Assembly (NCBI GenBank): GCA_951406725.2
Contig: OX597832.1
Span: 12,648,001-12,712,000, forward strand
Reading direction: 5' to 3'
From: Octopus vulgaris
Taxonomy: Eukaryota
Length of the DNA stretch: 64,000 nucleotides
The number at the start of each line of letters is the position of its first letter. The stretch's first letter is position 1. Shown here one piece after another: positions 26,199 to 40,790 of the stretch. The position numbers and the translations under genes are program-made. The notes beneath the pieces were generated by a model, which was not told where the DNA came from, did not search any database, and saw nothing but the letters and a program-made list of their open reading frames with translations.

Positions 26199-27869
26199 AT
26201 AGGTAGATAGATAGATAGATAGATAGATAGGTCGATACACACACACAAACACAAAAGCATTAATAGATATAGATATATTGATATAGATGCACACACTTAC
26301 ACATACCCATATACATACGTGAGTGTGTGTGTGTGTGTGTTCGGTGGCCTGGGATGTATTTACATCAGCATGATAGCAGGTTGAAGTCTAAAATCAAAGC
26401 TAGATCATATCTCCTGGCAAATTATATTGATTTCAATCAAAGAAAAATTGAATACACAAGCGAATGTATTAAATGCATTAAACTTTTATGGGTACTAATT
26501 CTATTGTATAATAAATCGTTACTATTCCTCATGCCTTTGTTTAACCTCGATATTTGCAATTACGGAATTGTGTTCTCTGTTGCATAATCAAGTTCTATAG
26601 TACAGAATCTTTATATTTGGATAGACCGAATTTTCTGATTTCGTTAGTATTTCCGATCAAGAGAAACAAGCAGTATTCGTCCTTTTCCAGAATGTCATTC
26701 AAGTAATAGACTAGTTTAAACGTACCTCATCAATATTTTATAAAATGGTTTAGTTAAACGATTGTGCAAAGCACAGCAGTAGAGTTTTATATACAAATTG
26801 CTAAATATAATAAATCTTAACAATTCGATAACCAATTATTCCCTGTCACTTCAGTCATATTTTAAAATATATCGACACATAACTGAAACAAATTATTGAT
26901 ATTTTTTCATTTATTTATTGAACCAGAGCTTTCCTTAATGACTTAAATATTGATTTCTTAAACTTGTCTAAAGTAATGCGTATCTAAAATAGAGCTATAA
27001 TGGTTTGAACTCAGTAGACATCAGTAGATGTCTGGTATTTATTTTATTGGCCAACTGAAGATGAAATTTAAATAAATTGTAGTGAGATAGAACTGCATTT
27101 TACTAACAGTAGTTAGTAAATAATTGAAGTATTTTTTGTTGAGCTTTTTCTTCCCAGCCACTCAAATTGGCATTAGGTGAAAATAGTAGCATAAAACATT
27201 AGTTTGCGTCCTATTATCGGTTCTAAATTTTCAGTTTTAGCCAGAAGAACAACATCGAAGGATATGAACTTTTAAGACGTGTGACACGTAAGGAACAAGA
27301 TACATGATGGCCTGAAACTGAAGGAATTGCAGTTCTAAAGACATTTAAAAGCCGTAAAATGGTGAAAAACCACACAGCAAGACTTCAGTATTATTTCAGT
27401 AGTAAGGGAGCATCAGCAACCTCTTGAGCGTGTAAATGCATACCCATATACATGCTTGGTGGGCTAATTGCAGTATGGGGTGTGTTTTGTAGGAATTTAT
27501 TTCGTTTTCGAAAGTCCCTGGTGGAGCTGAGGGAAATAGGCAGCCTATTTATTAAGTGTGGAGATAAGTTCACAAAAATGCACAGATACACATGTGCTGA
27601 AACACACGTCCCCATTTATATTGGCGGTGCATCCCAGAAGCACTTGCCTAGGTTATTGTAATTTTAATATAACATTACCGTATGTCTAATAAGCTCAATT
27701 GCCTACATTTGTTATTTCATTTTAAAGGAAATGGTTATAACATCACTTTCAACATACCCTACTTAGTCCCTGCTTGTCACAGCTAACTAGATTTGAGAAT
27801 GTAGATGAGACGTTTCGAAGCTTGCTATGAAATAAAGTTCTGTGTTAAATTTGACAAAAAGGGTGCAGA

Positions 27870-28200
27870 AATGTTTCAAATATTCCAGCCTGCTTGCGGA
27901 TTAACTTATATGAGGCCAAGAAAAGCAAGTCTACCGGGAAGTTCATGATGATAAACTTTCTCGATCGCAGGGGCACCATCTATAACTGCTGCTTAGTTTC
28001 TTACCTGACTGTCAACAAATGATCCTTAGTGAAAACTTTGATGGAATCACTGTGACAATTGGTTGTCTTCCGAGCTGAAGAGGAAGGCTGCAACACTTTC
28101 ACATTGAATTATCTCAATGGCACCGCCACGAAGTAGCTCCAGCGTTACAGCAAATCCATTCAAATCAGAGGATTCTTTTATTATTATGTACGTCTTGAAA
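27870..28200 (-). mobile_element. Highly decayed mariner-like transposase fragment
   Basis: Minus-strand SSARKTT...KDHLLTVR and a frameshifted SWPH/KLIRKQ resemble RSGRP...DRRLTVR...WVPHxLTxxQ. Confidence 0.35.
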
Positions 28201-29023
28201 TTGTTATATACGCCTCTCCAGAAAATGGTCTGTACCTTCTATGTAGAGAGACGAACACAAACATGTCTCTGTCTGTGTAAATATATAAATATATATATAT
28301 ATATTGATATCCTCTGGCCGCATTCTTCACTAGGATGCTTGCTAAATGCACTCAGTGACCAAAGGATAAGGTTAAACCAGATGATAGTTGACATCTAACA
28401 AACAACAATATTGATTCCTAACCTCCTTTGTCAGTCACACGTTTGTGTACTCGCTGACGGAGAATTTACATTCGAATTATTGATATTCTATGGTGGGGAA
28501 TGAGGGCCACAACATTTCATTGCTTTCCATTTTGTTGCTGCAATAAATCAATATAAATGGGCGTTTGTGACCATTAGTATAATGACGAACTCACATTATA
28601 GTGTTTCCCAAAGCAAACCTGAGGGACATTAATTTCGATGAAATTGTATTCTAAAACGCAATAATGAAATTATGTTTGTATATAAATGTACAGAGCACAA
28701 AGCAGCAGAATATTAATTAATTGTATTTCACTTCTTTGTAATGACGTAAGTGGCAGATGTTATTGGTTAGCTCTCATGAAATATATTCTGTGACTGTTTA
28801 TCATTGTCATACATTCATAATATTTCGTATATTTGTCAATCCATTTATTAAACATATTTCCTAATATAGACGTTCACAGACATCATTAAGTCGTCTCTAT
28901 CAAGTAATGTATTATCGTTTCATTTGAATAAGAATATTTATTTCAAATAACTTCAAATAATATTTTCTGTAAGGCAATTACTATAATTTAACTAACATAT
29001 ATAACAATAATCTTCAGAAATCA

Positions 29024-29131
29024 TATATGTGTGCGTGCGCGTGTGCGTGTGTGTGTGCGTGCGTGTGTGTGTCTATGTGTCTGCGTGCATGCATATATAT
29101 ATATTTATATATATTTATATATAGGGATATA

Positions 29132-29188
<57 letters not shown>

Positions 29189-29312
29189 GAGTATATTTAT
29201 ATGTACTTATATATGTATATATGTATATGTATATATATACATATATATGTTTATACCTATATATATGCATACACACATATCTATATATATGTGTGTGTGC
29301 ATATATATATGC

Positions 29313-29354
<42 letters not shown>

Positions 29355-29375
29355 ATACATATATATATATACATG
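29024..29375. repeat. Compound TG/TA/TC microsatellite
   Basis: Direct. Confidence 0.9.
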
Positions 29376-31213
29376 CCATTATTCCTATTATTGCTGTTAT
29401 AAAGTTATTATTTGCATAATGGTACAAGTTTAATGGCTTAAACTATATATGTAGAAAAGGTCCAACACGGTGCTGACAACAATGTGTGAGCAAACTATGA
29501 TATATATTGTGATACGTGGCCTTTCATCATACTTCTTCAAAACTGTAAGCGATAAAGTCAACATTTCAAAACCAGTTGTTAGGTACTACATGTTTTGATA
29601 TATCGTGTTAAATTCATTAAGTATGTCTCTTGGGTTTTATGTCTAGTAAAGAATATTCTTCACTAAGGAGGGTATGTAAAACCTAAATGCACAGGCGTTT
29701 CTTTTATATCGCCAAGATCAGGCGCATTGTCAAATGTACTGATACACTGATTTCGGTTAAATAAACAATGCGGTTGTCTATAAAATTTCACTTGATAGAG
29801 GTTTAAATTCGCTGAAGAGTTGTCTCCTTCACCGCGTTATCTACAATTACCATTTCTTGATCATGTCATTATGTATCCTTATCGCATATATTCTTTTCCT
29901 TCATACAATGCGTATCACTGCGCAGCTTTCATTAGTCGACCTAAAAAGTCTTCAGGTTATTATATTCCTAACATTGTGACATGCACAACGTTGTTCATAA
30001 TCATATCACAACTAGCAGATGTCGATTAATAATGCGTTTGGCCTTTTAGTTTCCAGCCGATCTAGTGTCTGTGAGCAATGTACTACATTTCCCGTTGTTC
30101 AGGCTGCACAGCTGAAAACGAATATTAGCTGCATAGTGATAGAAGTCACCTCTTCCCCATTCATTATATCCTCGTTGCCCTGCCACATCAAATGTGAAAC
30201 ATTTGAGGATTCTCCTAATAACAACTTAAAGCAATTAACGAAAGCGTATTCTAGTCTACAAGATTATATCCTCTAGCGTGTATATATGTTCATATTTATA
30301 TACGCACATATCTACGAATAATAAAAGAGAAAATCATATCAGTCGCACTTAGTACATATGTTCTTAATTCTGCATGATAAATGTTAACGTTTATCCCGTC
30401 AGTTTCCAAATATATAAAGATATACGGATATAAATGAATGCAAAAGAACATATTTATCATATATATCTTACTGTCAGAGGGTATGGTGATCGAACATGAA
30501 GCACTAAGGCTCTTTTGAACGATATTGAAGTAACTGAAGGACGGATACTGCTTCTCAATCTTGTTTGTCATTTATGATTTTATATATTCGTGAGATGAAT
30601 CGTATTAGTAGAAATGTTATGATGAAAAAACAAGAGAATCTTAAATGTGTGCCATTCTACACGACTCGCAATTAAAGTTCCAAACATCACACACAATAAA
30701 TACTTCACTTGCCTTTTTTTTATCAAAGAAATACATTAAAATTTTAATTAATCTTCTTAAAAATAAATTCCATTTTGAATATTTCGTGTTTTTGAAATTT
30801 TGTTTTGTATTTTCTTTTATGTGCTTCGGAAAAAAATAGCTGTTTTTAGTTTATTTCAGATAAAAGTTTCCTTAAGAGAATATTTGTAATTATTTTAAGA
30901 GAAAAGTTAAACTTTATATCTTATTTAAATGAAAAACGCAGATGTAATAAAAAATATAATTATTTAAGCTACTTAAAGTGTTTGACTTTGGTTTAATCAG
31001 AGTAAATAAGTTAAATACATATTGTTGAGTATTTTCAACGACTGATAAATACTGTTCAGGTTAGGATGAAAAATTGTTCATTTAAATGCAAGTTCCCACA
31101 CATAAATCCTCTCTCTCTCTCATATATATATATATATGCCAGTATGCATGATTATATGTATGTGTGTGCGTGTGTATATATATCTATACGTATCTAAGTA
31201 CACACTCACACAG

Positions 31214-31306
<93 letters not shown>

Positions 31307-31310
<4 letters not shown>

Positions 31311-31660
31311 GAGGCGCAATGGCCCAGTGGTTAGGGGAGCGGACTCACAATTGTAGGATCGTGGTTTCGATTCCCAGACAAGACGTTGTGAGTGTCTATT
31401 GATCGCAAACAACACAATGCTACGGCAAGGGGTGATGACGAACACTACTGTAGTCTTTCACCACAACTTTCTCTCACACGTTCTTCCTGCTTCTATTGTA
31501 ACAGTATTCCGACTCTGTGTCACGCTGAATCTCCCCGCGAACTACGTTAAGGGTACACATGTCCTTGAAATGCTTATCCCCTTGCACGTTAGTTTCACGA
31601 TCAGGGTGTTATGTTGATCGGATCAACTTGAACACTCGTTGTCATAACCGACTGAGTGCA
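31307..31660 (+). mobile_element. tRNA-derived SINE family C, tail type 3
   Basis: GGAGGCGCAATGGCCCAGTGGTTAGG...GGTTTCGATTCCCAGAC head; tail ctgtgtcacgctgaatctcccc...gatcggatcaac...taaccgactgagtgc; embedded in (TA)n. Confidence 0.9.
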
Positions 31661-31729
<69 letters not shown>

Positions 31730-31763
31730 CAGATCTACACTCACACATGCACATGCAATCACA

Positions 31764-31805
<42 letters not shown>

Positions 31806-32934
31806 TAGATAGATAGATAGATATATAGATAGACACGAGAATATGGTTAGATATATATACATGTACACGTTATATACGTAGAAAACATAGAGGTGTATGA
31901 TTTCCATTTATTTTTTTAAATTTGCTTCTTTAAATATACAAGTATTGAAATGGAATCGCCCTGTTAGTCAAAGATCAAATTTTAAAGACAACCACTATCT
32001 CAAATGATGGCCGTACATATTCTTCATTTAGGAGGCTTCAAAAACATACCTGTATCTGTGACATATTATTGAGAGTTCACACACGATCAGTAACTGATAG
32101 ATGCAAACTTCAAGAAAGAAATAAAACATACAGTGATATATATATATTATAGACATATGCATGCATGATCCGTTACGTATTCTGTGGGATGTATATTTCT
32201 GCTTTTGCGAAAGTCCCTAGATGCAGTGAGAGGAACTAAACAACACCTTTACTAAATGGAGAGATAAAGTCATAAAATGACAAAGATACACATCCATACA
32301 AACACACATATACATACATTTGCGAGGTGCGTTCAAAAAGTTTGCAGACTATATTTTTAGGGCATGCGATGATAACTCTCCTAGATTAATATGATTTTGG
32401 TAGAACATTATTATAACTACTCCGTCATCTTTCCAAGTTTAATCAAGATATTCCCTTGCTGTCAATACGATTTTTTAAAATATTTCACATAATTTGAAAT
32501 AAATGTTAAAAGCAATACCTTTTTTTACCTAATTATATATTCATATTGGCTGATTGCTGGCAATGCGTTTCTAGAGCCATGGCATTGACAGGTGGAATGG
32601 AATGAGGAAGGAAACCAAAAACTAGATATGTAACGCGAATGCCGTTGACAGAGTGAATGCTAAATTTATCCAGGCTACCATATGATAGTATTAGATCGAC
32701 GAGTTAACACTCGTTGCGTTTCAAGTCCTTTTCTCAGTTTTTTTATAATTATGAAATTCCTACAAATATACAGAAATCTACACCTCACAGCTAAACTATT
32801 TCTATTGTTGCTTTTCTGTTAAAACAAAACACATTTTCTTCGCTGAGTAATCATATATTTTCTTTTTGATTTTCACTTTCCTTGCACATAGAAGCATAGT
32901 GCTATATGCCTTGTACCAGTGTTATATTTTTGTA

Positions 32935-32935
32935 G

Positions 32936-32968
<33 letters not shown>

Positions 32969-32975
32969 GTATATA

Positions 32976-33054
<79 letters not shown>

Positions 33055-33067
33055 ATATGTATATATG

Positions 33068-33137
<70 letters not shown>

Positions 33138-33143
33138 TATATA
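32935..33143. repeat. (TA)n microsatellite
   Basis: Direct. Confidence 0.95.
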
Positions 33144-36100
33144 AGGTTATGATTTCCTTTTGTACTAAAACTAATATGGAGTGGAGTGTCTTGTGCTGTT
33201 TTTTATGAATATGTAATTGCAAGAAAATTGGTTTTGCATATCTTGTGCATCTATGCCTGTTTACCAAAACATATAATTTAATGGGGACTGTTTTTTTTTT
33301 ATTTTTTGGCTCTCACTTGTTGGAAAAAACAGAGACAGTGTAAATTCAAGTATCTTGGGCAATCAATTTTCACTCCGCTATTATACGATTTTATGGATAA
33401 GAAAGCCATATTAATTTATGTGGGAATAATGCGTTACTGAAAATGATAGATCTATCGATTACAGGCTAATAATAATTTGAGTTTGCACATTATGTTTATG
33501 AAACAGGCAGGCTTCGACTTGGCCTTTCCTTCACACGTGTCCATAAATAAGCAATGGTAAGACACTGCATTTATTGTAGATTTACTAAAATATTTATATG
33601 AAGACATGAAATATACCGATACATAAATTAATCAAATATAAAAGATCTTGAAAATGAGATAGGATAAGAAGTAGAAAAATATATAAAAGAAAAAGAAACT
33701 AGAGAAAACATAGTTTTATAGGAAAAGGATATTTGATGTAAGAGCAATATAGTAAAAATAAATGGCATAAAAATTCTAGGAAGGGTAGTGGAATTATAGG
33801 AAACGAAGTGAAAATAAAAAGGACAACAAACAAACGTAGAGGTTCGATGTATTAAATATCTTTATGGAAGGAGGAAAATTGTAGTTGATGCTGAAATACT
33901 AAATATTAATGCTTAAATTCATCGATTTACATGAAAAACTGTCAGCAATAGCAGTTTGGGTATTCTTTAAAACAGGTAATGGGTTTAACTGAGGAGGATA
34001 TTCTCATTCTAATGTTTGTTTTCATCTAATGTCATTCGGCTAATACCTTTTGGCTGGAATAAGTTTTTATTATCGATATTACATTCAATTTTCCAACATG
34101 TCGTCTTCACAAAAGAACGATAATGCAATCCTGGTGGATACTTTTAGGAAGATTTAACTCGAAAGTTATTTTCTACTCAGGAAAATCAATAAAGCTTATC
34201 TTGTAGTATTTTTATCCTCCACCCTCCACTTTTTTTTACTGTAAGATTAAAGATAATCTAGTCTCGAGGTAAAAATTAGTAATTTCTTATTTCTATTTCC
34301 TAAGTGCAGGCTATATTGAAATACATGGAGTTTTAAATCTTTTATTTATCATTTATTTTTCTCTACGTTTGTATATTTGATTTATTTATCATTTTTGTGT
34401 GGTTGTTCCTGCGATTAGCTAACTAAACAAAGCACCATGTAATCTTGTTAGAACTTCTTCTGTCAATCATTGTTGGGAAAGTGTTTTATTCTTCATATGT
34501 ACTTCACTATTTATAACTTATTCAACATTTACTCAAAATTCGCCATGCTTTTATTTGCTGCCTTACAATAAAGGCGAAACATATCCGAGATTTCAATTGA
34601 ATACATTGGGAATAAAGACTTCATAAGCTGTATTGGCTAAAGATACAGCTAGATTTAGTATAATTTATCGTATGAGAAATTAATATCTGATATCCCTTTA
34701 CGTATTGACACTGACTTATTAGATGTGCAGTATAAAGAAGAGTTTGAATTTTTTCCAGTTAAAAAAGCCGTATATGGCGAACAGTAACACTAAAGATTAA
34801 GGAACTGCTTAAACATGTTCATGACATGCATGTACCCATGTCAAGTCCTTTATTGTCCGTAACGGGGAATCCCAGCAGCACTAAAAATAGCCCAGTAGCA
34901 TAACACTCCTGCTTTGAATATTCAGAATCTATATATTCCAATACAACTTCGTTGAGCCGAAATAATGAGAATATGTGTCAGAATCTGGCATGAAAGGAAC
35001 TTCGTCAAAGTGAGAGGTGATGCATGAAAATGCATGTGTTAAGGCAACCAACTCGAATTATACGGGACATTTATTTTTCTGTAATATCAGAGTCATCCAT
35101 CTGCGAAGCGCTAATGGCGAAGTAGTGAAGCACTCTCCATTTCCGATGGGTAGATATAACATTCATACTGTAAGGCATTAACTGAACATTAGACTCTCTA
35201 ACCTTTCATGAGGACTATCTTCTTAAAATACATAGAACACTCAAATTCGAAGGTTATGTATCTCTATGATTTTAACCATGGTGTTTACAAAACACTAAAA
35301 TAATAGATGTATTGGTGATAAAATCGTTGTAGAGTCGATATTCTGCAGCCGGGTGATGGTAGAAACAGAAAACACTAAATCTCACTCGTGACATATTTTT
35401 GACCTCTTTGCGATTGTGATAAATCATAATTTATATGACACGTATGATTAATAATGTATCTCTCACATAAATTCATGAAGGACATTGATTGTTTTAACAA
35501 TGCTCATAATTTTCTCAGGACATTATTGATCTACGTCGAATTTTTACAGAATGAACTTCGTTTTGGAAGTCATAAAATTTTAAATAATTGTGTGTCAGTT
35601 AATGTTTCTGCTATGGACTATTAAAGCCGACATGTTCTCCTCTCCTTACTGTACGCTAAGGTAACAGCCATCAATTTATATATAAATTCTACGTTGTATC
35701 TGTGCAATGCAATCAGATATAAATGCAAGACATCACTCTAATCTCAATCGACAACCATTTCAAAAGTAAAGAATATATTGGCTAATGCAGTCTTGCTTAT
35801 TGCTAAACGAACAGCATGATTAGTGTTAAACCCTTTTAATCGGGAGCTTCATTAAAGTGTAAAGACATATGGCTTTGAAACAACTTGGAATAACAATAGG
35901 ATGAATATTGCATATTTGCTTCATCTGATAGAGACTGCCACTAGCTCCCTCTGAAATCACACAACTCTGTTAAATAAAATAAATAACTACACTGGTGAAA
36001 GTATTTTACCATGTATGCTTTCGAACACAGATGATCGAATAAAGATGAGCTGAATCAAAAGAAATTCAAGGAGAACAGGGCTACCGCATTGAATTCTAAC

Positions 36101-36707
36101 AGCAGTAGGAACACTATTGATCATAGTTGAGATTTAGATAAGACAACGAAGGTAGAAAGCAGAGCTACCAAAACTATAAGGATCAACTAGTGCCTAGTTG
36201 ACTAAATATCTAACAATTGGCTCAACTACGGATAAACTTCATAGGAGCAAAAAAAAAAAAATGTATTCAGTTACAGAAAATGGCGAAACTTCCATAAATT
36301 TGTTTACACATTTCGAACTATAATTAGTTATAATGTGATGCTTGAAGTAAATGACCTTTATGTTTGCGACCATGTTTCTCAAATGTTCTGATTACTTTGA
36401 CGACGAATACGCTCTTTCTTTCCCAAGTCATGTATTAAGGAATTTAAGAGTACAGATATTAAGTTAAAATAATTGTATTTGTGTTACTCTCTGCTACGTG
36501 TGTCTCTGAGTTCGTATGTCAGTAATTTTGTTCATACATATATGGAAATGGAAGCTTGTTAAAGGCATATTAAAACACCAACAAAATTCAAGAATAGTAT
36601 AGAACAAAGATACAGGTTCCAATTTCATTATTGTAGCATTTCAAGACCAGAAGTGCCAGTGTCAATACATCTTGGCGGGAAATAAAAAAAATTCTTACGA
36701 AGATAGA

Positions 36708-36804
<97 letters not shown>

Positions 36805-36965
36805 TATATACATGCATACTTATACATACATACATATACATATATATATAAGCAATTAAGATTCAAGTGAGTTCTGTTGAATTCATATGAATATGCTACT
36901 TAACTTGGATGCACCAAAAATCTATATGGTGTTAACCATACGACAATGCGGGGTGATTATAAATA

Positions 36966-37397
36966 GGAAAAAAGCAACAAGAATGGATCAATGTTTCGGT
37001 ACAATTGTTTCGTACGAAGACATCTTTAATAAGGCTACAAAAATTGCAGTAAATATAAGTGACCCGTACTCATCAGCCGAAAAAAATATCTGAGATCTCC
37101 AAACATCAAAGGGGGTGATGTTACACTCGTGAAACATCATGGAAAGTTCTATAAAACTGCACTCCTAATGGACTTCTTAGAAGTCCATTTGTTATCTAAA
37201 TCTCATTTTTATAGAACTTCCCATGATGTTTCACGAGTGTAACATCACCCCCTTTGATGTTTGGAGATCTCAGATATTTTTTTCGGCTGATGAGTACGGG
37301 TCACTTATATTTACTGCAATTTTTGTAGCCTTATTAAAGATGTCTTCGTACGAAACAATTGTACCGAAGCATTGATCCATTCTTGTTGTTTTTTTCC
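36966..37397. mobile_element. Foldback/MITE-like element with 191-bp inverted arms
   Basis: Arms 36966-37156 and 37207-37397 with 3 mismatches; 50-bp spacer containing an 11-bp inverted repeat; TA immediately outside both ends. The palindrome is certain; the TE class is inferred. Confidence 0.8.
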
Positions 37398-37618
37398 TAT
37401 ATATATATATATATATATATATGCATGTATGTATGAATGTGTGGATGGATGGTTTGATGGATGGATAGATACATAAATACATGCACGTAAACAAACAAAC
37501 AAAATATATATGTGCTCCAAAACCATCCCCGATAGGTGAACTGCGATAGGTGAATCACGATATGGCGAGGGATTACTGTATACGTATATATACATACATA
37601 CATACATACATACATACA

Positions 37619-37651
<33 letters not shown>

Positions 37652-37829
37652 GTATAGTGAGAGAGAGAGAAAAAGAGAGAAGGAGAGAGAGAAGTAGATA
37701 GATAAATAAATTGATATATATATTGATAGATACTTAGATAAAGCATTGCATGGTTTTACTATTCTACATTTTTAGACAGTGAAGGTAATTAAGGAATAAC
37801 ATACTTTACCACGTTACAATATGTGTTTT

Positions 37830-38105
<276 letters not shown>

Positions 38106-38473
38106 CTCGTATATGGACTCGATAGCCTTCTAAATAGAGAACCCGAAGCACTATGTTCATTACAAGCGTTTCATATATTTCTTTGAACAATGTAGCCTAG
38201 CGACTGCACTGAGTATTTATGGGTGCAAGCAAACCAGTTTTCGGAAATAAACAATATCTCACAAGCCGTCAGATAGATAGAAGATATATCAAGATACATT
38301 GTGTAATAATATATCCTCCCCCCCTCTCTCTCTCTCTCTTTCTCTGTCTGTCTGTCTCTCTCTCTCTAAGCCTGAATCCACTGGAGCAGACACATACCGA
38401 AAGAAATTTACAAACACTCTCATATAAATCGACAGGCACACGCATACACACGAACACGCATACACACACATAT

Positions 38474-38505
<32 letters not shown>

Positions 38506-38516
38506 GTATATACATA

Positions 38517-38901
38517 TCTCTCTCTATATAAACGGCAGTTTGTCTGTGTGTGTTTCTGTGTGTCTGTTTGCTTGTACCCTCACCCTGACCACGGCTTTCA
38601 ACCGATTCTGATGAAACTTGACACACACATAGCCCAATGTCATAATTCAAAACTAACGCAGCGAAAATTTTGAAAAGTTCCCCCAGTTCTGAAAAAAAAT
38701 CGATAAATTCGACATGGGGTCGAGAATCAGAAACACAAACCACAAACTGTCTAGGGGACGCAACTCCACCTTTTTTAACTCTCAAAAAAAAATTTACCAT
38801 CATTTTTTTCCATTTTTTTGCTATTTTTTGGCTATAACTCTCTAAAAATGCTTTATAGTTACTTCCCTTACAAACCTGAGCAACGCCGGGCGATACTGCT
38901 A

Positions 38902-38902
<1 letters not shown>
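38517..38902 (+). mobile_element. Non-autonomous Helitron (H3)
   Basis: A|TCTCTCTCTATATAAACGG...CCTGAGCAACGCCGGGCGATACTGCTAG|T; last ~120 bp shared with H1. Confidence 0.88.
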
Positions 38903-38935
<33 letters not shown>

Positions 38936-39318
38936 GTAGTATGTTGGTTTATATGAGAGCGTATACATACACATACATATGTTTGTATGTGTGTAGGCGT
39001 ATGGTTGAATATATATATATATATAATAGGTGAGACAGTGGATAATATAGGAAAAAGATAGATATAGACATTTTTTTTTCGAAGATGTTTGGCGCAAGGA
39101 TGTTCTGTGCATAAAAATAGCTCCGTGTTATTTTGAAAAGATGAAAACGAATTTGTTTCTAAAATTAGCCTGAGCTGTTTGTTTGTCTACCGAAAAATGG
39201 CATCTATTTTTCTATTAAATCTCACATTCTTAGGGAAGACAGCAGCCGGAATATATAATTCCACCCTATAGTGTTATTTTCGTACGGATACATTCAGTTA
39301 TATCGCAGACAGTGGAAG

Positions 39319-39371
<53 letters not shown>

Positions 39372-40615
39372 ATGTAGGAAGATGTGTAACTTGTATCTCG
39401 CTATGGGAATAAAACTTGTTAATAATACTGTTAGGAAAAAATAGAGTCGTGTTTGTGAAACAATTTATCAACAACTCACAGTATTATCTCTGTTATTAAT
39501 CTAATAAATTGTCTAAATATAAAAAAAAGTAATTTTGATGAGAATATGTTACATAACCAATCAATTAATCAATGAAATCAGCTTAATCAGTTCTAGCAAT
39601 CATAGCGAGTTTCGATCTATTCTTGTGTTGTGATTTTCTTTGTTTCTGTTTAAAATTCATTTGGCAATAACCAAAACTTAGATCAAAAGAACTAAATATG
39701 TATGTATTTAGTAACTATAGATGATAACAAACAGATCTTCAAAGGGAAATTTGTTTTAAAAATTCGTACAGAATGACGTGCTCTCTTTTATATTTTTTCA
39801 GAGCTAAGTACGCGGTTAATGCCTATGTTAATCCTAAGGGTAAAAATTAAATAATTTTATCGTGTAAATTATCTGATTCTTGTCAAATGGATTAACTTCA
39901 AAAATATTTCGCTGAAAACCCTGGACGCAACATTGAAACTCTTTAGTTTCACAACAATCCACCATTTATTACTTTACAGCTGCGAAAAATGTTTAGTTTT
40001 GGTATTTACAAGTAACGGAAAGAAATAATGAAGGGAATGGTTGTTTGAGAAGTTAACAGAGGAATGTGAATGGAGGAGCAAAAGAAGAATAGAGGAAAAC
40101 AAAAATGCGAAACGCATTAAGAAATCGGAGCAATGCTTGAAGCGATACCATTAAGAATTACGGGACGTTTGCATAAATAATCCCCGTTATTTTAAAATTT
40201 GTTTCAATAGTCTTCGGGGGAAAAAAGGGCGGGGGAAAGAAAAGAGAGGTTCATTAAGTCTGGTTGTTATGGCTGTGTCGAGCTTAAATCTAAGTTGCTT
40301 CGTTTTATGCCTGTCGGAATGTGAGGAACTGTGATAGCCATAAAACCGAGATACCGTGGTATGTGTCGATGAAGTGGCGAAACCTCTCTGGGTGTCGAGT
40401 AGAATGCATAAAAATGTTTTGCAAAAAGCATCATATTTTACCTCATGCGTAATGTATAGCATAGCTTGTCAATACTGATGTAGATAAGAGTGTGAAAGAC
40501 CACCTATAAGATTTAGTGGGAAAATACTGTAACTCAGGTTCGAGCATTGGCATAATGTCCGAGATGAATAGAAACGCGTGACAGTATTCATTGACAAGTG
40601 TATTTCCTAATAATA

Positions 40616-40790
40616 GGGGAGTTTACGAAAAAAACAAAAGACGAAGACAGGTGGTGTATAAAACAACAAACAGATGTATTAGTATAACGCTCAGGAATAG
40701 AAAAAAAGTATTTTATGTTTCGAGCCTACGCTCTTCTACAGAAAGGGACACAGAAAAAAGAAGGAGAGAAACAAGGAGAGAAAATAATAT
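40616..40790 (-). mobile_element. Penelope pLTR-like ~180-bp module, copy 1, interrupting the Penelope ORF
   Basis: Similar throughout to 49101-49300; carries GAAGAGCGTAGGCTCGAAAC on the minus strand. Confidence 0.7.
40709..40746 (-). ncRNA. Degenerate minimal hammerhead-ribozyme-like motif
   Basis: CUUU CUGUAGA A GAGC-GUAG-GCUC GAAAC AUA AAA; stem III palindrome lost by a CpG-type change. Confidence 0.4.

Noticed and set aside
31307-31385. tRNA-like sequence with A and B boxes (also at ~9270-9334, ~10215-10283, ~60190-60256)
   Set aside because: No proper acceptor stem and continuous with SINE bodies, so these are SINE heads rather than tRNA genes.
36887-37494. Two ORFs sharing the peptide TRMDQCFGTIVSYEDIFNKATKIAVNISDPYSSAEKNI
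   Set aside because: Consequence of the inverted repeat arms, not duplicated genes.
38420-39112. 230-aa minus-strand ORF
   Set aside because: Reads through microsatellites and the antisense strand of Helitron H3.
39781-39846. Strong acceptor ttttttcAG followed by a 38-nt open segment
   Set aside because: Donor GTAAAA is weak and no neighbouring exons or recognisable peptide support it.
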